A stretch of DNA of 64,000 bases from NCBI RefSeq assembly GCF_006345805.1, contig NC_042998.1:179304001-179368000 (forward strand), given 5' to 3'. This DNA is from Octopus sinensis. Its lineage: Eukaryota. The position numbers and the translations under genes are program-made. Each line of letters opens with the position of its first letter. Position 1 is the first letter of the stretch. Of the stretch, positions 62,241-64,000 are shown piece by piece. The notes beneath the pieces are model-generated. The model searched no databases. It saw only the letters and a list, made by a program, of their open reading frames with translations, and had not been told where the DNA came from.

Positions 62241-62460
62241 CCTTTTAGCATTCAGATTACTCTGCCAAATGCAATGCTCATTTATTTATGTTGTTTTGAA
62301 TTAATCCTTTCTCAGCTAGTGGTTTGAGATTTCAGTGATATGATTGACTGTTTTTAGAAAAACAATGCATGGTAAGTGTGAGAGGCAGGATCTGGGCCAG
62401 TTTGAACATAAAACATGTAGAATATTTAGGCCTGAAATGGCCAGTTTAAATACTAAAGGA
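62241..62460 (-). mobile_element. piggyBac-type MITE, 220 bp, TTAA TSD
   Basis: TTAA|CCTTTTAGCATT...AATACTAAAGGA|TTAA; reverse of the 49997 copy. Confidence 0.85.
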
Positions 62461-62989
62461 TTAACGGCCACAGAGAGGTGAAAAGCAAAGTCAACTCTGA
62501 AAAGATTTGAATTCACATCAGTGAGGTACTGAAATCAATATATTGATTCACAGGCGCTGGTATAGCTGTGTAGTTAAGAAGTTTGATCCTTAAGGGAATC
62601 TGAGCTTAAAAAAATATACCACAACAAATTTTATCAGATCTACATCAATAAGGAAAAGTGGATTTTAAAATGATGATAAATTCCTCTAGTTTGGTATTCT
62701 ACTATGTCAGTGAATTGGTACTCTATTGTATCTGTATGTGATTCTGTGTATGTGTATATGTGTGCTTGTGCATGCATATGTGTGTGTGTGTGCCTTTTGG
62801 CTAAGATCACTAAATATATATATATTATATATCCCTTCTTCTCCAACTGGGATCTCTTTGTATCTCTTCTACAGCAAGACACCTATTCCTTTATTATTCT
62901 TTTAACCTCTCATCAACTGGCAGAAATCCACTTTCCTCAGTACTACTCTACCCAGTTCGCCTTGTCTTGCATGTTACTTGGTGACCCTA

Positions 62990-63173
62990 TTGCTTCTGGT
63001 GCCAATGAAAAAAGCATCCAGTACTCTCTCTAAAGTGGTTGGCATTGGGAAGGGCATCCAGCTGTAGAAACTATGCCAAAACTGACAATAGAACCTGGCA
63101 TAGCCCTTTGGGTTGCCAGCTGTTGTCAAACTACCCAACCCATGCCTGCATGGAGAACGGACGTTAAATGATG
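62990..63173 (+). mobile_element. RTE-type LINE 3' tail, diverged
   Basis: aaagtggttggcattgggaagggcatccagctgtagaaac..ggacgttaaatgatga. Confidence 0.7.
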
Positions 63174-63615
63174 AATATATATATATATTATATATATATA
63201 TATATATATGAGAGTATTGTAGTTCACTTGAAGCATTGTGTATTGTTTGTAAAGAATAAAAAGTTTTGAATGGTACAACAACACACTATAATATAGACAA
63301 TGGACTATATACCTCTTGTAATTCAGTCATCCATAGTCTGATATGATATTTTGGAATAATATTCCTTCTTCAGATATTCTTAGATGGAGTCACTGCTATA
63401 ATTGGTTTTATACATATATATATATATATGTAGATTAGACCATCCCAAGTGTAACTGCATGAAATGGTTGTGATGCCTGTTACTTGATTGAAGAAAGAAG
63501 GCCACGAACGACCTGTCTTTTTTGCCCGTCCTTCTAATTGCTGTTTCTCTTGTCCACCTTTGTATCGTCTATCTGTCCAAATGTTTATATTGCATTTTTG
63601 TTCCATTTATATATA

Positions 63616-63654
<39 letters not shown>

Positions 63655-64000
63655 CATGCTAGCATGGAAAACGGATGCTAAACGATGATGATGATGATGA
63701 TGATGATGATGATATATAATTTTCTAAGTTTAAATCCTACTCAGACAGTTTTGCCTTTAATCTGTTGGATCTATATTTGTAAGTACTGGTCAAGTACCAA
63801 AGTGGATTTAGTCAATTCTACATTTCTGCCACAATTTGCAACCTTGTGTCATTGTAAGAAACTATTAGAATGAGAACACTATTTTGAAATATGTGTTTGC
63901 TTGTGCATACATGTGTGTGTTCATATGTGTGCATGTGTGTGAGAGTGTCTAAAAGGTAGACAGTGTGTGAGAGAGAGAGAGAGACTTAGTGAACAGATAT

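Noticed and set aside
58800-64000. Further upstream FREM2-like exon (expected DD..YE.EE.F half-domain)
   Set aside because: Not found on the minus strand; ORFs at 60863-61276, 62640-62882 and 63370-63606 do not match, so the next exon probably lies beyond the window.

Overview
AT-rich, repeat-dense metazoan genomic DNA. The SINE/LINE and microsatellite landscape points to an octopus (inference). One protein-coding gene is recognisable: a FREM2/ECM3-like basement-membrane protein on the minus strand. I traced 18 coding exons (58797 down to stop at 15929), all with AG/GT boundaries and consistent intron phases. They total 3428 nt, about 1141 aa: three Calx-beta domains, the FRAS1/FREM C-terminal region, an RPKR furin-type site, a transmembrane helix and a C-terminal TEV PDZ motif. 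The gene's 5' part lies beyond the window. The rest is mostly repeats: three tRNA-headed SINE families (working labels SINE-A/B/C), many 3' ends of an RTE-type LINE, two RLE-type (R4/Dong-like) retrotransposon fragments, a CR1/L2-type 3' end, hAT- and piggyBac-type MITEs with intact target-site duplications, and very long microsatellites. Nearly all other ORFs in the track are microsatellite artefacts. I found no clear new enzymatic system. The most unusual structures are a ~123-bp tandem array of SINE Pol III heads (1-680), an NF-Y/Y-box minisatellite in an intron, a Dong-like element in a TAA tract, a VNTR in the RTE 3' UTR, and inverted repeats placed to form dsRNA next to exons. Exon and TSD coordinates were counted by hand; other repeat boundaries are approximate.
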